From: an uncultured bacterium
GTDB taxonomy: Bacteria > Hydrogenedentota > CAZGCA01 > CBFDCQ01
NCBI GenBank assembly: GCA_965603355.1
Contig: CBFDCQ010000008.1
Span: forward strand, 5,441 to 69,440
Length of the DNA: 64,000 bases
Direction of reading: 5' to 3'
The position numbers and the translations under genes were made by a program. Within the stretch, counting starts at the first letter, position 1; each line of letters starts with the position of its first letter. The notes under the pieces are model-generated. The model saw nothing but the letters and a program-made list of their open reading frames with translations, made no database searches and had not been told where the DNA came from. Shown in pieces: positions 18,628 through 28,291 of this stretch.

Positions 18628-19686
18628 TCAGGAGCGGTTGATTGTGCGGTCTTCGGTGACGATGATGTCGACCGGGAGGTCGTGTGGTTCTGCGGGGATC
18701 GAGTCGTAAATCTGGACTTCGTAGGCGAGGGCGATCCTTTTTCCGCGAAATGCCGCGAGGAACCTGTCGTAGTACCCGCCGCCGTACCCTATTCTGTGGC
18801 ACGCCGTGTCGAAAGCGATTCCAGGCACAATGGCGACGTCGGTTTCAGCAGGTTGGACCGGCCTTAGACACTGTTCTCTCGGCTCGAGTATGTCGAAGGT
18901 GGACGGTTCGAGCTCGTCAAGGCTCTTGAGTTCCGACCAGACCATCTCACGTGTTGACGGGACGGCCACGGGCACGGCCACCGTTTTGTTCTTTTCGAGC
19001 GCGCCGCGGATCAGAGGCATCGTATCAACCTCGTTGTCTTTCGAAGACACGTATGTCAGTATGGTGCGGGCAGACTCGAACTCGGAGAGCGATCTCAGTC
19101 GTTGGAGTATCGCATCGCTTTTGTGTGCAACATGTTCCGGCGTTAACGCGCGTCGTGTCGCGAGGGCGCTGGCCCGTATTGCGCGCTTGAGCTCTTTGAC
19201 CGTGATATGCGCCCGGATGGTATCGCCCGGTTTGATCTCGCCGCCGGACAGCACCATGCCGAATATACCCTCGCGCGGCATGATGCAGTCGCCAACGAGC
19301 TTGCGTATCTCGCATGCGGCATGACACGCCTTGCCGATTTGCGATACCTGGAGCTCCACGGTGTTGATGGTAAGCCGCGTTCCGACGGGCAGTGTATACA
19401 GGCCTATGCCGCGCGTGGTGATGTTCTCGGCGAAGTCGCCGGGGGAAAGCTCAAAACCTGATGCGCGCATCTTGTCTATGCTCTCCTCCGCGAGCAGGCT
19501 GACTTGACGGTGCGCCATACCGGCGTGCGCGTCACCTTCAATACCGTGTTCCTGCAGGAGGGTGATGACCTCCACGGGATGCTTCCTGACACCTTTCTCG
19601 CTACTCACGCAGACCGCAACCACGGTCCCGCACAGATCAAGATTATCCCGCATATCACTTGCTTGAGTATGCATATCGTCCTTCAT
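18628..19686 (-). CDS. fusion protein: N-terminal MOSC domain (YiiM-like) plus C-terminal 5-formyltetrahydrofolate cyclo-ligase
   Basis: N-terminal CGTVVAVCVSSEKG..GIEGDAHAG..GDFAENITTRGI..LQVSQIGKAC is MOSC-like. The C-terminus ILTYVSSKDNEVDT..AVPV..GIAFDTACHRIGYGGGYYDRFL has 5-FCL motifs. Confidence 0.7.
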   Translation of the reverse strand: MKDDMHTQASDMRDNLDLCGTVVAVCVSSEKGVRKHPVEVITLLQEHGIEGDAHAGMAHRQVSLLAEESIDKMRASGFELSPGDFAENITTRGIGLYTLPVGTRLTINTVELQVSQIGKACHAACEIRKLVGDCIMPREGIFGMVLSGGEIKPGDTIRAHITVKELKRAIRASALATRRALTPEHVAHKSDAILQRLRSLSEFESARTILTYVSSKDNEVDTMPLIRGALEKNKTVAVPVAVPSTREMVWSELKSLDELEPSTFDILEPREQCLRPVQPAETDVAIVPGIAFDTACHRIGYGGGYYDRFLAAFRGKRIALAYEVQIYDSIPAEPHDLPVDIIVTEDRTINRS

Positions 19687-19854
19687 CCCTTTCAGCCTGC
19701 TTCAGCAGGCGGTTCTTTGCACCCCGCCGAGGCGGGCTAAACGTCACGGAACGTTTCAGCGATATCATTAAGTGAAGGCCGTCCAAGTTCGTCTTGCCTC
19801 TTCGCGGCGGCGCCCAATGCAGGTACTACCGCGGGCATTCTCGGTCAAGCGATA

Positions 19855-20595
19855 TCACACGTTCGGTCCGCAGTTGGGCCCTCGCCGCCGTCGTCGTCGC
19901 GGGAACCGCTCGGGCGTATTATTCTGCGCGACGGTATTGTTTGCATCCGGCACTCTCTGGACATGCACGCAGCGCGCTATTAGCTCGTCCATAGCGAGTT
20001 GGGTCTCCCCGACGCGCACCACGAGCGACGGTTGGCGCTGGTGCATTGTGACGACGGCTCCCGGGACGAGACCGAAGGAGGCGATCTTGTCGAGCCGGTC
20101 GTGTTTCTTTGTCTCGACGTACATCACGCGCCCTTTCGCTCCCGGAGGAAGCTTGTCGAGGGTTAGCACTATAGGTTGCAGCTCACTCCTGTCACGTTTA
20201 CAGCATTCGCCGGGGGGGATCGGCATACCGTGCGGGCATGTGGTGGGGTGGCCGAGCAGAGTACAGATACTCTCGGTGACTTCCGGGCTAAGAATATGCT
20301 CGAACTCGCACGCCTGAGCCTCGAGCACTTCGTCTCTAACCGAGAGCACGTCGGCGAGCAGCCGTTCGGCCAGCCTGTGGCAGCGAAGGAGCTCCCCCGC
20401 CTTCTGTTCCCCTTCGCCCGTGAACGCGACTGAGCCTTCGGCAATCGTTACGAGTCCTGCGCGTTCCATCTCTCGGAGGGTAGCCTCGAGTTCTTGTCCG
20501 CTTTCCTTGGACAGTGACTCGATTGTCACTTCATCGCCGCGTTCCCTCTGCATCCAGGCAAGTTCCAGGATTTCGTCGAAATTGGTTGCATCCAT
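19855..20595 (-). CDS. DtxR/MntR-family metal-dependent transcriptional regulator with C-terminal FeoA (SH3-like) domain
   Basis: ..RCHRLAERLL..EACEFEHILS..LGHPTTCPHGMPIP metal-binding region, then an FeoA-like GAKGRVMYV..GLVPGAVVTM tail. Start chosen at MDATNFDEIL (20595) to avoid a 68-bp overlap with the upstream gene. Confidence 0.65.
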   Translation of the reverse strand: MDATNFDEILELAWMQRERGDEVTIESLSKESGQELEATLREMERAGLVTIAEGSVAFTGEGEQKAGELLRCHRLAERLLADVLSVRDEVLEAQACEFEHILSPEVTESICTLLGHPTTCPHGMPIPPGECCKRDRSELQPIVLTLDKLPPGAKGRVMYVETKKHDRLDKIASFGLVPGAVVTMHQRQPSLVVRVGETQLAMDELIARCVHVQRVPDANNTVAQNNTPERFPRRRRRRGPNCGPNV

Positions 20596-20602
20596 GGTGA
20601 TC

Positions 20603-21973
20603 TCAGTTGCTCTCGTGAGCGATCTTCGGGTAATAGGTGCTGTAGCTAAATCGCGGACTGTTCTGCTCATCGTGACACCGCTTGCAGTCCGCGCGACTGG
20701 TTCTTCCGTAACGGGTTGTCGGGGTGTCCGTGTGGTTGCTTCCGACGCCGTGACACATCTCGCATCCCACGTTGGCCAACTCGGGCGTCTCGCTCAAGCT
20801 CTCAAAACCGTCGAAGTAACGGTAGCCTGTCACGTGACAGCGCAGACAGGCGGGATCGGATTGTCTGCCCTCGTTCTTGAGCGGCGCGAACGATTTCGCA
20901 TGGCGGCTTTCCGACCAGATAGTGAACGCTTCGGCATGGCATCCGGCACACCAATCGCTGCCGACGTAATAGCCTCCCCTTTCGGGTGTCTTGATCGAGC
21001 GTTCCTTCAGAAAACCCTGGTTGACCATCATTGCCGTCGAACAGTCGAGTATCTGTCCCACGACCGGCGAATCGGAGACCTGATCCGACAGGATTAGAGT
21101 CTCATATTTGTGTGTAAATCTTCCCGGCCCGCCAAGAGCGATGTCGGTTCTGGCGAGGTACTGTCCGCCTTTGCCTGAATTCACCACTATCAGCCTATCG
21201 GTTGACCGTTCATGTTCTACAGGGCGCTCGGCCTCGTGAGAGTATACGGCCAGGTCTATCTCGGGAAACGCCTTGGTCAACGAGAGGACTTCCTTGGGGT
21301 CGGCGTGCGCGAGAAGAATCCGCAGGTCCGCTTTGCCCTTGAGTCTCGCGAGAGCGTTTCTCAGAGCTCGTTTGGCGTCCAGGACTTTCACGTCGAGACC
21401 TTCGAGTTTGGCGAGATAGTCGCTGACCTGGTTTGAGAGCACGCCTATCACTGCTATGCGTGTGTTCTTGCCGCCAACGATCCGGTCAACGACGGTGTAT
21501 GCAGGAAAGAACGGTTGCCCGTCGGGTCCCGCAAGGTTGGCCGATATGAACGGGAACTTGGCTCGTTCAGCCATATTGACGAGGAAACGAGGGCCGAATG
21601 TGACATCAATCTCGCCGATGTTGAACGCGTCGTACGCCATTTCGTTCAGTGCGAGAATTGCGGTTTGGAACCGCAGCTCGTGCTCCGCGCCGGCGCCCTG
21701 GGTCAGATCGCCGTTCTCGAGCAGCAGGATGGGGTTCCCCTCAAACCCAATTGCCCTGACGAGCGTGTGTCTTCTGGCAAGCCCGCCACCGCACGTGGGG
21801 CAATCGGCCGGTTCCATCTCACCGGTGAGCTGGCCGCTGCAAATGACGGTCAGCTGTGCTGAAGGTTCGGCGGGATCCGTTTGCCCTATAGCGACCGCGC
21901 AAAGTAAAGCAGTAACGAGCCCTATACTTACGCCCAGAGCCGCGTGTTCGTACAGTTTCCTTCGACTCATCAT
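20603..21973 (-). CDS. secreted tetraheme c-type cytochrome with a degenerate 5'-nucleotidase/metallophosphoesterase-like N-terminal domain
   Basis: Four CXXCH motifs in the C-terminal third (CAGCH, CLRCH, CEMCH, CKRCH). Signal peptide. The N-domain resembles the UshA-type fold (..RIAVIGVLSN..ILLAHADPKE..) but lacks the canonical metal-ligand His/Asp motifs. Confidence 0.65.
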   Translation of the reverse strand: MMSRRKLYEHAALGVSIGLVTALLCAVAIGQTDPAEPSAQLTVICSGQLTGEMEPADCPTCGGGLARRHTLVRAIGFEGNPILLLENGDLTQGAGAEHELRFQTAILALNEMAYDAFNIGEIDVTFGPRFLVNMAERAKFPFISANLAGPDGQPFFPAYTVVDRIVGGKNTRIAVIGVLSNQVSDYLAKLEGLDVKVLDAKRALRNALARLKGKADLRILLAHADPKEVLSLTKAFPEIDLAVYSHEAERPVEHERSTDRLIVVNSGKGGQYLARTDIALGGPGRFTHKYETLILSDQVSDSPVVGQILDCSTAMMVNQGFLKERSIKTPERGGYYVGSDWCAGCHAEAFTIWSESRHAKSFAPLKNEGRQSDPACLRCHVTGYRYFDGFESLSETPELANVGCEMCHGVGSNHTDTPTTRYGRTSRADCKRCHDEQNSPRFSYSTYYPKIAHESN

Positions 21974-23082
21974 TGTGTGTCGTCTTCCTCGAGGACCACG
22001 CCGGCGACCGGGACAACAATCTGCTCCGGACTGACCCGCGTGAGCTTCAGGGTTACTGAACCGATCCTTTCGCCGGGTTCCGCTCCCGGCTGGAGCGTGC
22101 CGACGATTCTATGCCTCTGCTGCAAGCCCAACGTTGTTCTTCTCCACGTTACACCTTCAATGTCGGACTCTATCCCGGCGAGCCCGAATGGTGCGTCGCC
22201 GTACACATCTATCGCGCCTAGACTTTCGGCCGGCGACCGCGCCGCAAAGAACAGGAGTTCAGGTGTGGTGTACAATCCACCTGTCACAAACGCCCTGACC
22301 GGCACGGCCACGGTTGGCAGACGCTTGATGTTAGTGTGCACAAGGACATTCGTGTTAAGAACACCGCCAGCCGCCTCCGGTTTGAGGCGCACCTCGATCT
22401 CGTACTGAGCGGCGCCGGGAACGGATTCATCTCCGGCGGACGGTGCGGCCTCTGAATAGGAGGCGGCGACACTGTCTGAAGAGCTTTCGACACCGGTTAT
22501 CTCGACTGGTTCACGCCACGTCTGCTTCAAGCTAACGATCTGGCTGGCACCCTTGCCTTTCTCAATGGTGCCGAAATCTATCGTCTCCGGCTCTATCACG
22601 AACTCAGGTGTGATATCGGCCGACACAAGCAGAGTGGTGAGGAGTTTTTCCGGGTCGTTCGAGTAGATATACGCTCCAATTCTCGGCGATTTTCCGTGGA
22701 AATGCTGGGGATCGAGCGTCGCGATCAGGTCCGCGGCGGCTTCCGGCTCAATTTCCAAAGTGGACAGTTCCAGGCTAAGACAGCCGCACGACGTTTTGAA
22801 CCCTTCAATGTTCAGCGTGGCCTCGCCGGTATTCTTTATCGAGAAAGTGTGATCGAGCACTTGGTCCGGCTCAATGGCGCCGAAATCGTGCCCCTCCTCC
22901 GAGACCTCTATACGCGGTTGAGGCCCTGCCGGCTTCGGTTGCACGCCGGTGGTTTGCCTAGGAGGTACAAATACGATTCCATCCTGCACCGGAGGTTTAG
23001 CCACGCGGTAGGCGTAACCCAGCAGGACCACAAGTCCGAGCAGGACAATCGCCACTATGATTTCGTTGCTGCGAATCTTCAT
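21970..23082 (-). CDS. DUF1573 domain membrane-anchored protein
   Basis: N-terminal TM. HDFGAIEPDQVLDHTFSIKNTGEATLNIEGFKTSCGC matches the DUF1573 signature (H.FG...G......F.N.G...L.I.....CGC). 370 aa. Confidence 0.6.
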   Translation of the reverse strand: MKIRSNEIIVAIVLLGLVVLLGYAYRVAKPPVQDGIVFVPPRQTTGVQPKPAGPQPRIEVSEEGHDFGAIEPDQVLDHTFSIKNTGEATLNIEGFKTSCGCLSLELSTLEIEPEAAADLIATLDPQHFHGKSPRIGAYIYSNDPEKLLTTLLVSADITPEFVIEPETIDFGTIEKGKGASQIVSLKQTWREPVEITGVESSSDSVAASYSEAAPSAGDESVPGAAQYEIEVRLKPEAAGGVLNTNVLVHTNIKRLPTVAVPVRAFVTGGLYTTPELLFFAARSPAESLGAIDVYGDAPFGLAGIESDIEGVTWRRTTLGLQQRHRIVGTLQPGAEPGERIGSVTLKLTRVSPEQIVVPVAGVVLEEDDTQ

Positions 23083-23254
23083 TTCGATACGCCGACTCTT
23101 TCCTCAGACCAGCTTAAGTGTCCCGCATAAGATAGCATAATTGGAAGGATAGAAGCAAGGAACTGTTGACGGTTTCTTCCCGGTTGACAGCCGGTTCCGA
23201 CCTTCCAGTGATCGTTCGATAGGCCGCACTCCGGGGAGCGGCAGGGTTGACGGT

Positions 23255-24568
23255 CTATGGTGTCGCGGACAGTACCGGGCTGAACGGTGGGGCCGTGCTC
23301 CAAAGCAGCCCATACAGGACTGTGATGAGGAGTGCGACGAGAATGCCTACATAGAGCCTCTTGACAACGGATTCTTGTCGGATACTCCCTCCGAGTAGAG
23401 TGATGATGCAAAAGATAATACTCAGAAGGAAGGCGGTCTTGATGTAGAAGGCTCCCATGCGCAGAGCGACTACCGCTGCAAGTCCTGCAAAGGGAATTGC
23501 TGCGCCACCTGTTGCGGCAACCTTGTTGAAGATGCGCGTTCTTGCGCGCCTGCGCGCCACGTCCCTCGCGCTCTTGCCGGTGGTGATGTCAGTTCCGCAC
23601 GCGACACAGATTCTGTCACCGGGGCTGATTTCAGCGCGACATCGAGGGCACTGTTTTGCGCCGGCCGGTGTCGCGGGAGCCTCGATGCGCGTTTCCTGCA
23701 CCATCGTAGGTTTTACGGCGCGCAGCTTTTCCCTGGATGCGGCCGCGCGAATCACGGTGGGCCGGATCATCGATAGAGCGGTGGCCGCTTGTTCCGCGCT
23801 CTTGTACCTATCTTTTGGATCTTTTGTAAGCATCCTCATCACAACCCGCGCCAACCCGTCCGGCACCGCCCTGTTCAGTTCCTTAATGTCTGTCGGCCCT
23901 TCGTACTGGTGTTTCTGTATAATCTCGAGCGCTGTTGCGCCTTCGAATGGAACGTTGCCCGCGAGCAATTCGTAGATGACTACTCCGAGGGAATAGACGT
24001 CTGAGGATTTGCCGACTGGCGTCCCTTTGCTCTGTTCGGGCGACATGTACTCGGGAGTGCCGACGATATCGCCGGTGCGCGTCATGCGAGTGGCATAAGT
24101 GAGCCTGGCCACGCCGAAGTCGGTCAGCTTCGGTTTGCCGTCCGTGCCGACTAGGATGTTGCCCGGCTTGATATCGCGGTGTATGATCCCGGCTTTGTGC
24201 GCGTGCGCGAGAGCGGCCGCTACACTTATGGCGAGGTCGAGCGTGCGCCCGACATCGAACCGCTCACCCTCGGCCAGCAGATCGTCCAGACTGCTGCCCT
24301 CGACAAAGTCCATCGCGTAGTAGTGAGTGCCTTGATCTTCGCCCACGGCGTGGATCTTGACTATGTTCGGATGGTCGAGCTTGGCGAGAGCTTCCGTCTC
24401 TCTCTTAAACCTCTTGACGAACACCGGGTCTATGGTAAACTCGCTCGAGAGGACTTTCAGGGCTACCGTGTGGCCGGCGTCGAGTTCAGTAGCACGGTAC
24501 ACGACACCCATTCCGCCGCGTCCCAGCTCGCCCTCGATCTTGTAGTTGCCCAACGTGTCACTGTTCAT
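23255..24568 (-). CDS. Hanks-type serine/threonine protein kinase with zinc-ribbon and C-terminal TM region
   Basis: GELGRGGMGVVYRA glycine loop, VALK, HRDIKPGNIL catalytic loop, DFGVA, GTPEYMSPEQ. CPRCRAEISPGDRICVACG zinc ribbon. Hydrophobic C-terminus. Confidence 0.85.
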   Translation of the reverse strand: MNSDTLGNYKIEGELGRGGMGVVYRATELDAGHTVALKVLSSEFTIDPVFVKRFKRETEALAKLDHPNIVKIHAVGEDQGTHYYAMDFVEGSSLDDLLAEGERFDVGRTLDLAISVAAALAHAHKAGIIHRDIKPGNILVGTDGKPKLTDFGVARLTYATRMTRTGDIVGTPEYMSPEQSKGTPVGKSSDVYSLGVVIYELLAGNVPFEGATALEIIQKHQYEGPTDIKELNRAVPDGLARVVMRMLTKDPKDRYKSAEQAATALSMIRPTVIRAAASREKLRAVKPTMVQETRIEAPATPAGAKQCPRCRAEISPGDRICVACGTDITTGKSARDVARRRARTRIFNKVAATGGAAIPFAGLAAVVALRMGAFYIKTAFLLSIIFCIITLLGGSIRQESVVKRLYVGILVALLITVLYGLLWSTAPPFSPVLSATP

Positions 24569-25895
24569 CGGGCACCGCCTGTTCGCCGGTCAAGTCCGAT
24601 CTGTTATTGCTCATTGTCTCGAGGTATTCTGCCGCCGCCGCGGCCGTCTCGGTGTCCGGTCCGAGTTCTATCGTGCGCCTGAACTCTCGCTCGGCGCTGC
24701 CGAGGTCGCCCAAACGGTAGAATCTCTCACCGAGTGAGAAGTGTTCCATCTGCCATTCCTCGTACGGGATTGCGCCTTCGCCGGAACGTCTGGCGCTTTG
24801 CAGGCTCCATACCGCGCCTCCTGCGACAATGGCGACCGCTACGGCAATTACCGCTGCACGTCTGGCGCCGCGTGGCGCACGCTCGGTCGCAGACGTGGCA
24901 CGGTCTCCGGTCGACACATTTGTACCGCATTGGATGCAGACGACTTGTCCGCTCTCAAGTTCGGCGTTGCACACGCTGCACAGCTCAACGTCAAGCTGAG
25001 CCCGCCGCGCCTCAATCCGTTGGATGACCTCGGCAACGTTCAGGGGTCGCTGTTCGGGCTCCTTCTCGATCATGTCCAGAACCAGCTTGTTCAGCCACTC
25101 GGGGACGGAGCTGTTCCATTCGCGGGGCGCTTCCGGTATAGAGTACCGGTGGCTTCTCAGCACTGCCGGAGGTGAGTCACTCTTGAACGGCACTCGCCCG
25201 GTGACCATTTCATACAGGAGTATTCCGAGCGAGTAGATATCGGTGCGGTGGTCGACCTCCTTGGCGGCGGCCTGTTCGGGCGACATGTACTCCACAGTGC
25301 CGATAACTTGACGTGTGGTCGTGACACCCTTCACGTCGCTGAGCTTGGCAATGCCAAAATCCACTATTTTCGCGCGGCCGTTCTCGTCGAAGATGACGTT
25401 AGCGGGCTTTATGTCGCGGTGGATTATCCCGCCGGCGTGCGCGTGTCCCAGGGCGGAGCAGACCGATGTGGCGATTTCCAGAGCTTCCACCAAGCGGAGC
25501 GCGCCGTGCTCCTTGATCTTATCAGCGAGGCTGCCGCCGGAAAGATACTCCATCACATAGAAATGCCGACCGGTCTCCTCGCCGACTTCGAGTATTTTGA
25601 CTATGTTGGAGTGGTTCAGGTTCCTGAGCACTTCAATCTCTGTGCGAAATCGCGCGAGACGGGACGGGCTGTCACGCAGGCCGGTCGGCAAAAGCTTCAG
25701 CGCACCATGCAAACCGTCGGGATCAACTACAAGGTAGACGGTGCCGCTGGCTCCGCGACCGAGTTCGCGAACGGTTTCGTATATGCCTATCTTCACAGGG
25801 ATCAGGTCTGCCTCAGGCGTTCCAGACACGCTCACGTGCGGCCGGTTTGGCCTGCCTGCCGCCCGTTTCTGACAGCAGCGCGAGAGTTGATACAC
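24558..25895 (-). CDS. Hanks-type serine/threonine protein kinase (second copy) with zinc-ribbon, TM and TPR-like C-terminus
   Basis: GRGASGTVYLV, HRDIKPANVIF, DFGIAK, GTVEYMSPEQ. CSVCNAELESGQVVCIQCG zinc ribbon. TM segment AAVIAVAVAIVAGGAVW. Confidence 0.85.
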   Translation of the reverse strand: MYQLSRCCQKRAAGRPNRPHVSVSGTPEADLIPVKIGIYETVRELGRGASGTVYLVVDPDGLHGALKLLPTGLRDSPSRLARFRTEIEVLRNLNHSNIVKILEVGEETGRHFYVMEYLSGGSLADKIKEHGALRLVEALEIATSVCSALGHAHAGGIIHRDIKPANVIFDENGRAKIVDFGIAKLSDVKGVTTTRQVIGTVEYMSPEQAAAKEVDHRTDIYSLGILLYEMVTGRVPFKSDSPPAVLRSHRYSIPEAPREWNSSVPEWLNKLVLDMIEKEPEQRPLNVAEVIQRIEARRAQLDVELCSVCNAELESGQVVCIQCGTNVSTGDRATSATERAPRGARRAAVIAVAVAIVAGGAVWSLQSARRSGEGAIPYEEWQMEHFSLGERFYRLGDLGSAEREFRRTIELGPDTETAAAAAEYLETMSNNRSDLTGEQAVPDEQ

Positions 25896-26396
25896 CTACA
25901 GTCCAAGTTCCTCTCCAACGATTGAAGCTATGAAACGTTCAATGGATACCGGGAAGAACCGCACATCAGGCGAGTGCACAACTCCGGTCTCGATATCCTC
26001 TTTCCGCTCAAGCTCGTCAAGCACGGCATCTATGAGCTGGTCGGAGTTCATCTGCATCTCTCTCACTTTAAAATATTCCGACTCGAAGTTCACCGGCTTG
26101 CCTCCGAGCGCCAGAAAGCCGAACACGCGACCCACGAGCGCAGGTTCGATGTTCTCTTGGCCGAACAGCTCCTCGTACTTGAGCCCGTGGTAGTCCGGGT
26201 GCCAGACGAGACGCGGCGAGACGTTTATCTGTCCGCGAATCTCGAGGCTTCTATCGTGCCGTTCGCGCGATTCGCCCAGCAGAATGTACGGCAGTCGGTG
26301 ATATCCCACCACTATTCCGTGAGTAGGCTTCTTGATGACGTGCGTTTCTCGGAAAACGTGTTGCAGGTAAGCGAAATCTTCGTGATCCTCTGTCAC
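25896..26396 (-). CDS. hypothetical protein, 166 aa, in operon with the two kinases and the cyclase
   Basis: ORF directly abuts the kinase start (25895/25896). No domain recognised. Confidence 0.4.
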   Translation of the reverse strand: MTEDHEDFAYLQHVFRETHVIKKPTHGIVVGYHRLPYILLGESRERHDRSLEIRGQINVSPRLVWHPDYHGLKYEELFGQENIEPALVGRVFGFLALGGKPVNFESEYFKVREMQMNSDQLIDAVLDELERKEDIETGVVHSPDVRFFPVSIERFIASIVGEELGL

Positions 26397-26443
26397 GGTA
26401 ACGTCATCTCCTTAACAGCACGTGTCGGAATTCCATCTCGGAT

Positions 26444-28069
26444 CTACTTCACCCCGAGCACTTCGTGGACGGAGACCGGTTTTTTCTTTCCCTTAAGGAG
26501 GATCGGGCCGAGCGGCCTTCCGGAAACCTTTTCTCCGAGCTTGTGGAACGTCTCGCCGCAAGCGAGTATCTGCCCCGGTTCAGCCTTTGAACAGAGTCGC
26601 CGCGCTACGTTGACTATATCGCCGATAGCCGTAAACTCCATGCGCCTCGGCGAGCCGATATATCCGGCTATCGCAGTGCCTGTGGCGACGCCTATTCCAA
26701 CATCGAACGTGGGTCGTCCGCTCCTGCTCCATCTTTCGCGCATAGGGCACAACACGTGCTGCATCTCCAGCGCGACCTTCACTGCACGGACGGCGTGGTC
26801 GTGCGCCTGGACCGGGGCGCCGAAAACGGCCATGATCTCGTCGCCGACATACTTGTCCAGGGTCCCATCGTGCAGGAAGATTACCTCCGCCATTTCTGTG
26901 AAGTACTCATTCAACATCGAGACAACGTCGGTGGGCGACATCCTCTCAGCCAACCCGGTGAACCCGCGAATATCGCTGAACAAGGCGGCTATCTCCTGTT
27001 TTGTGCCGCCCAGTTCGATGCTTCCTTCCTTATTTATTACCTCATCCACTACACGAGGCGACAGGAACCGTTCCAGGTTGTTGCGTCGCCGCTCTTCCTC
27101 TATCATCCTTTCGGTCAACCGGACGTTCTCGATAGCTATCGCGGACTGGCTGGCGACTGCCTCGAACAGCTCGAGGTCCTCGGGAGCAAACTTGTGGTTT
27201 GGATCGCGACTGTCGACGTAGATGCTGCCGAGTATTCTGTCCTCGACTTTCAGCGGCACGCTCATTGCCGATCTGATCTGGCTCAGGATGACGCTTTGTC
27301 TCGAACTGAATCTGTCATCGTGCAGCGCATCTTCGGCGATCACGAGTTCGCCATCTATCGCGGAACGGCTTGCTATCCCCATGCTGGGCGAGCTGGTCGC
27401 CGCGTCCCTACCCATCTTGCGCGCGACCTCGGTGCTCAAGCTGCCGTCATCTTCGTTGACAAGGACTATGAACCCGCGGTCCGCGCCGGTCACCTTGATG
27501 GCGCTGTCGAGAATTGCCTCGAGCCGTTTCTTGAGATCAAGTTCGGAAACCGCGAGGCGTGACGCTTCGTACAGGGCCTCAAGACGACGGTACGCTTTGC
27601 CGATCGCCATGATGTTGGTCGGGTCCGCGAGCTCCTCGATAGAGCTGTCCTGGACGTCCGGTCTTCTCACCATCATGGTCAGTCGCTCGCCGACGGAACT
27701 CATCTGCTGCTTTATGCGGGCGACGTCTGCCGAAGCGTTCGCAGCGGTCGTAGCGGTGCCTGCAGCTTGTTGCCAAGGCCCGTCTACGAGGGTGAACACC
27801 AGGTCATAGTGACCTATGGTGATTTTGTCGCCTTCGGCCAACTCCTTTCTCTCGACAGGTTTCCCGTTGACCAGCGTACCGTTAGTGCTGCCCAGATCTA
27901 TCAGCACGTGCTTGCGGTTTTCGAGCCGCAACTCAGCATGCTTCGTCGAGACAAATTCATCGCTCAGCACCAGCCCGCTGTCCTCTGCGCGACCTATAGT
28001 GAGAACAGTTTGCCGGAGAGCCACGCGACGACGTTTCCGGTTGCGGTAGGATACAAGCAATTGTGCCAT
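26444..28069 (-). CDS. FHA domain - GAF domain - class III adenylate/guanylate cyclase
   Basis: FHA: TIGRAEDSGLVLSDEFVSTKHAEL..LGSTNGTLVNG. GAF in the middle. Cyclase: FSDIRGFTGLAERM..LNEYFTEM..GTLDKYVGDEIMAVFGAP..RVGIGVATG. Confidence 0.8.
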   Translation of the reverse strand: MAQLLVSYRNRKRRRVALRQTVLTIGRAEDSGLVLSDEFVSTKHAELRLENRKHVLIDLGSTNGTLVNGKPVERKELAEGDKITIGHYDLVFTLVDGPWQQAAGTATTAANASADVARIKQQMSSVGERLTMMVRRPDVQDSSIEELADPTNIMAIGKAYRRLEALYEASRLAVSELDLKKRLEAILDSAIKVTGADRGFIVLVNEDDGSLSTEVARKMGRDAATSSPSMGIASRSAIDGELVIAEDALHDDRFSSRQSVILSQIRSAMSVPLKVEDRILGSIYVDSRDPNHKFAPEDLELFEAVASQSAIAIENVRLTERMIEEERRRNNLERFLSPRVVDEVINKEGSIELGGTKQEIAALFSDIRGFTGLAERMSPTDVVSMLNEYFTEMAEVIFLHDGTLDKYVGDEIMAVFGAPVQAHDHAVRAVKVALEMQHVLCPMRERWSRSGRPTFDVGIGVATGTAIAGYIGSPRRMEFTAIGDIVNVARRLCSKAEPGQILACGETFHKLGEKVSGRPLGPILLKGKKKPVSVHEVLGVK

Positions 28070-28291
28070 GCCGACAATCCCACGATCCGCGCTAACCTCA
28101 AACAGCTAGCCAAGATATACAACACCACAATAACAAGGATACCACCGCAACGGCACCAAGTCAAGCGGAAAAGGGTAGAGGGTAAGCGGCGGGCAGCGGA
28201 CGATAACGCCCTCTCGCGTGAGAGCCGACACTCCGGTCGGCTACCCCGAGTTCTCCGGGGGGCGAACATCACAAATGATGCAGTGGCGGGT

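Noticed and set aside
28222-28242. Hairpin agccgac-actcc-ggtcggct after the hom gene as a rho-independent terminator
   Set aside because: There is no T-tract on either strand. It lies in the promoter region of the downstream cyclase operon, so it was not called a terminator.
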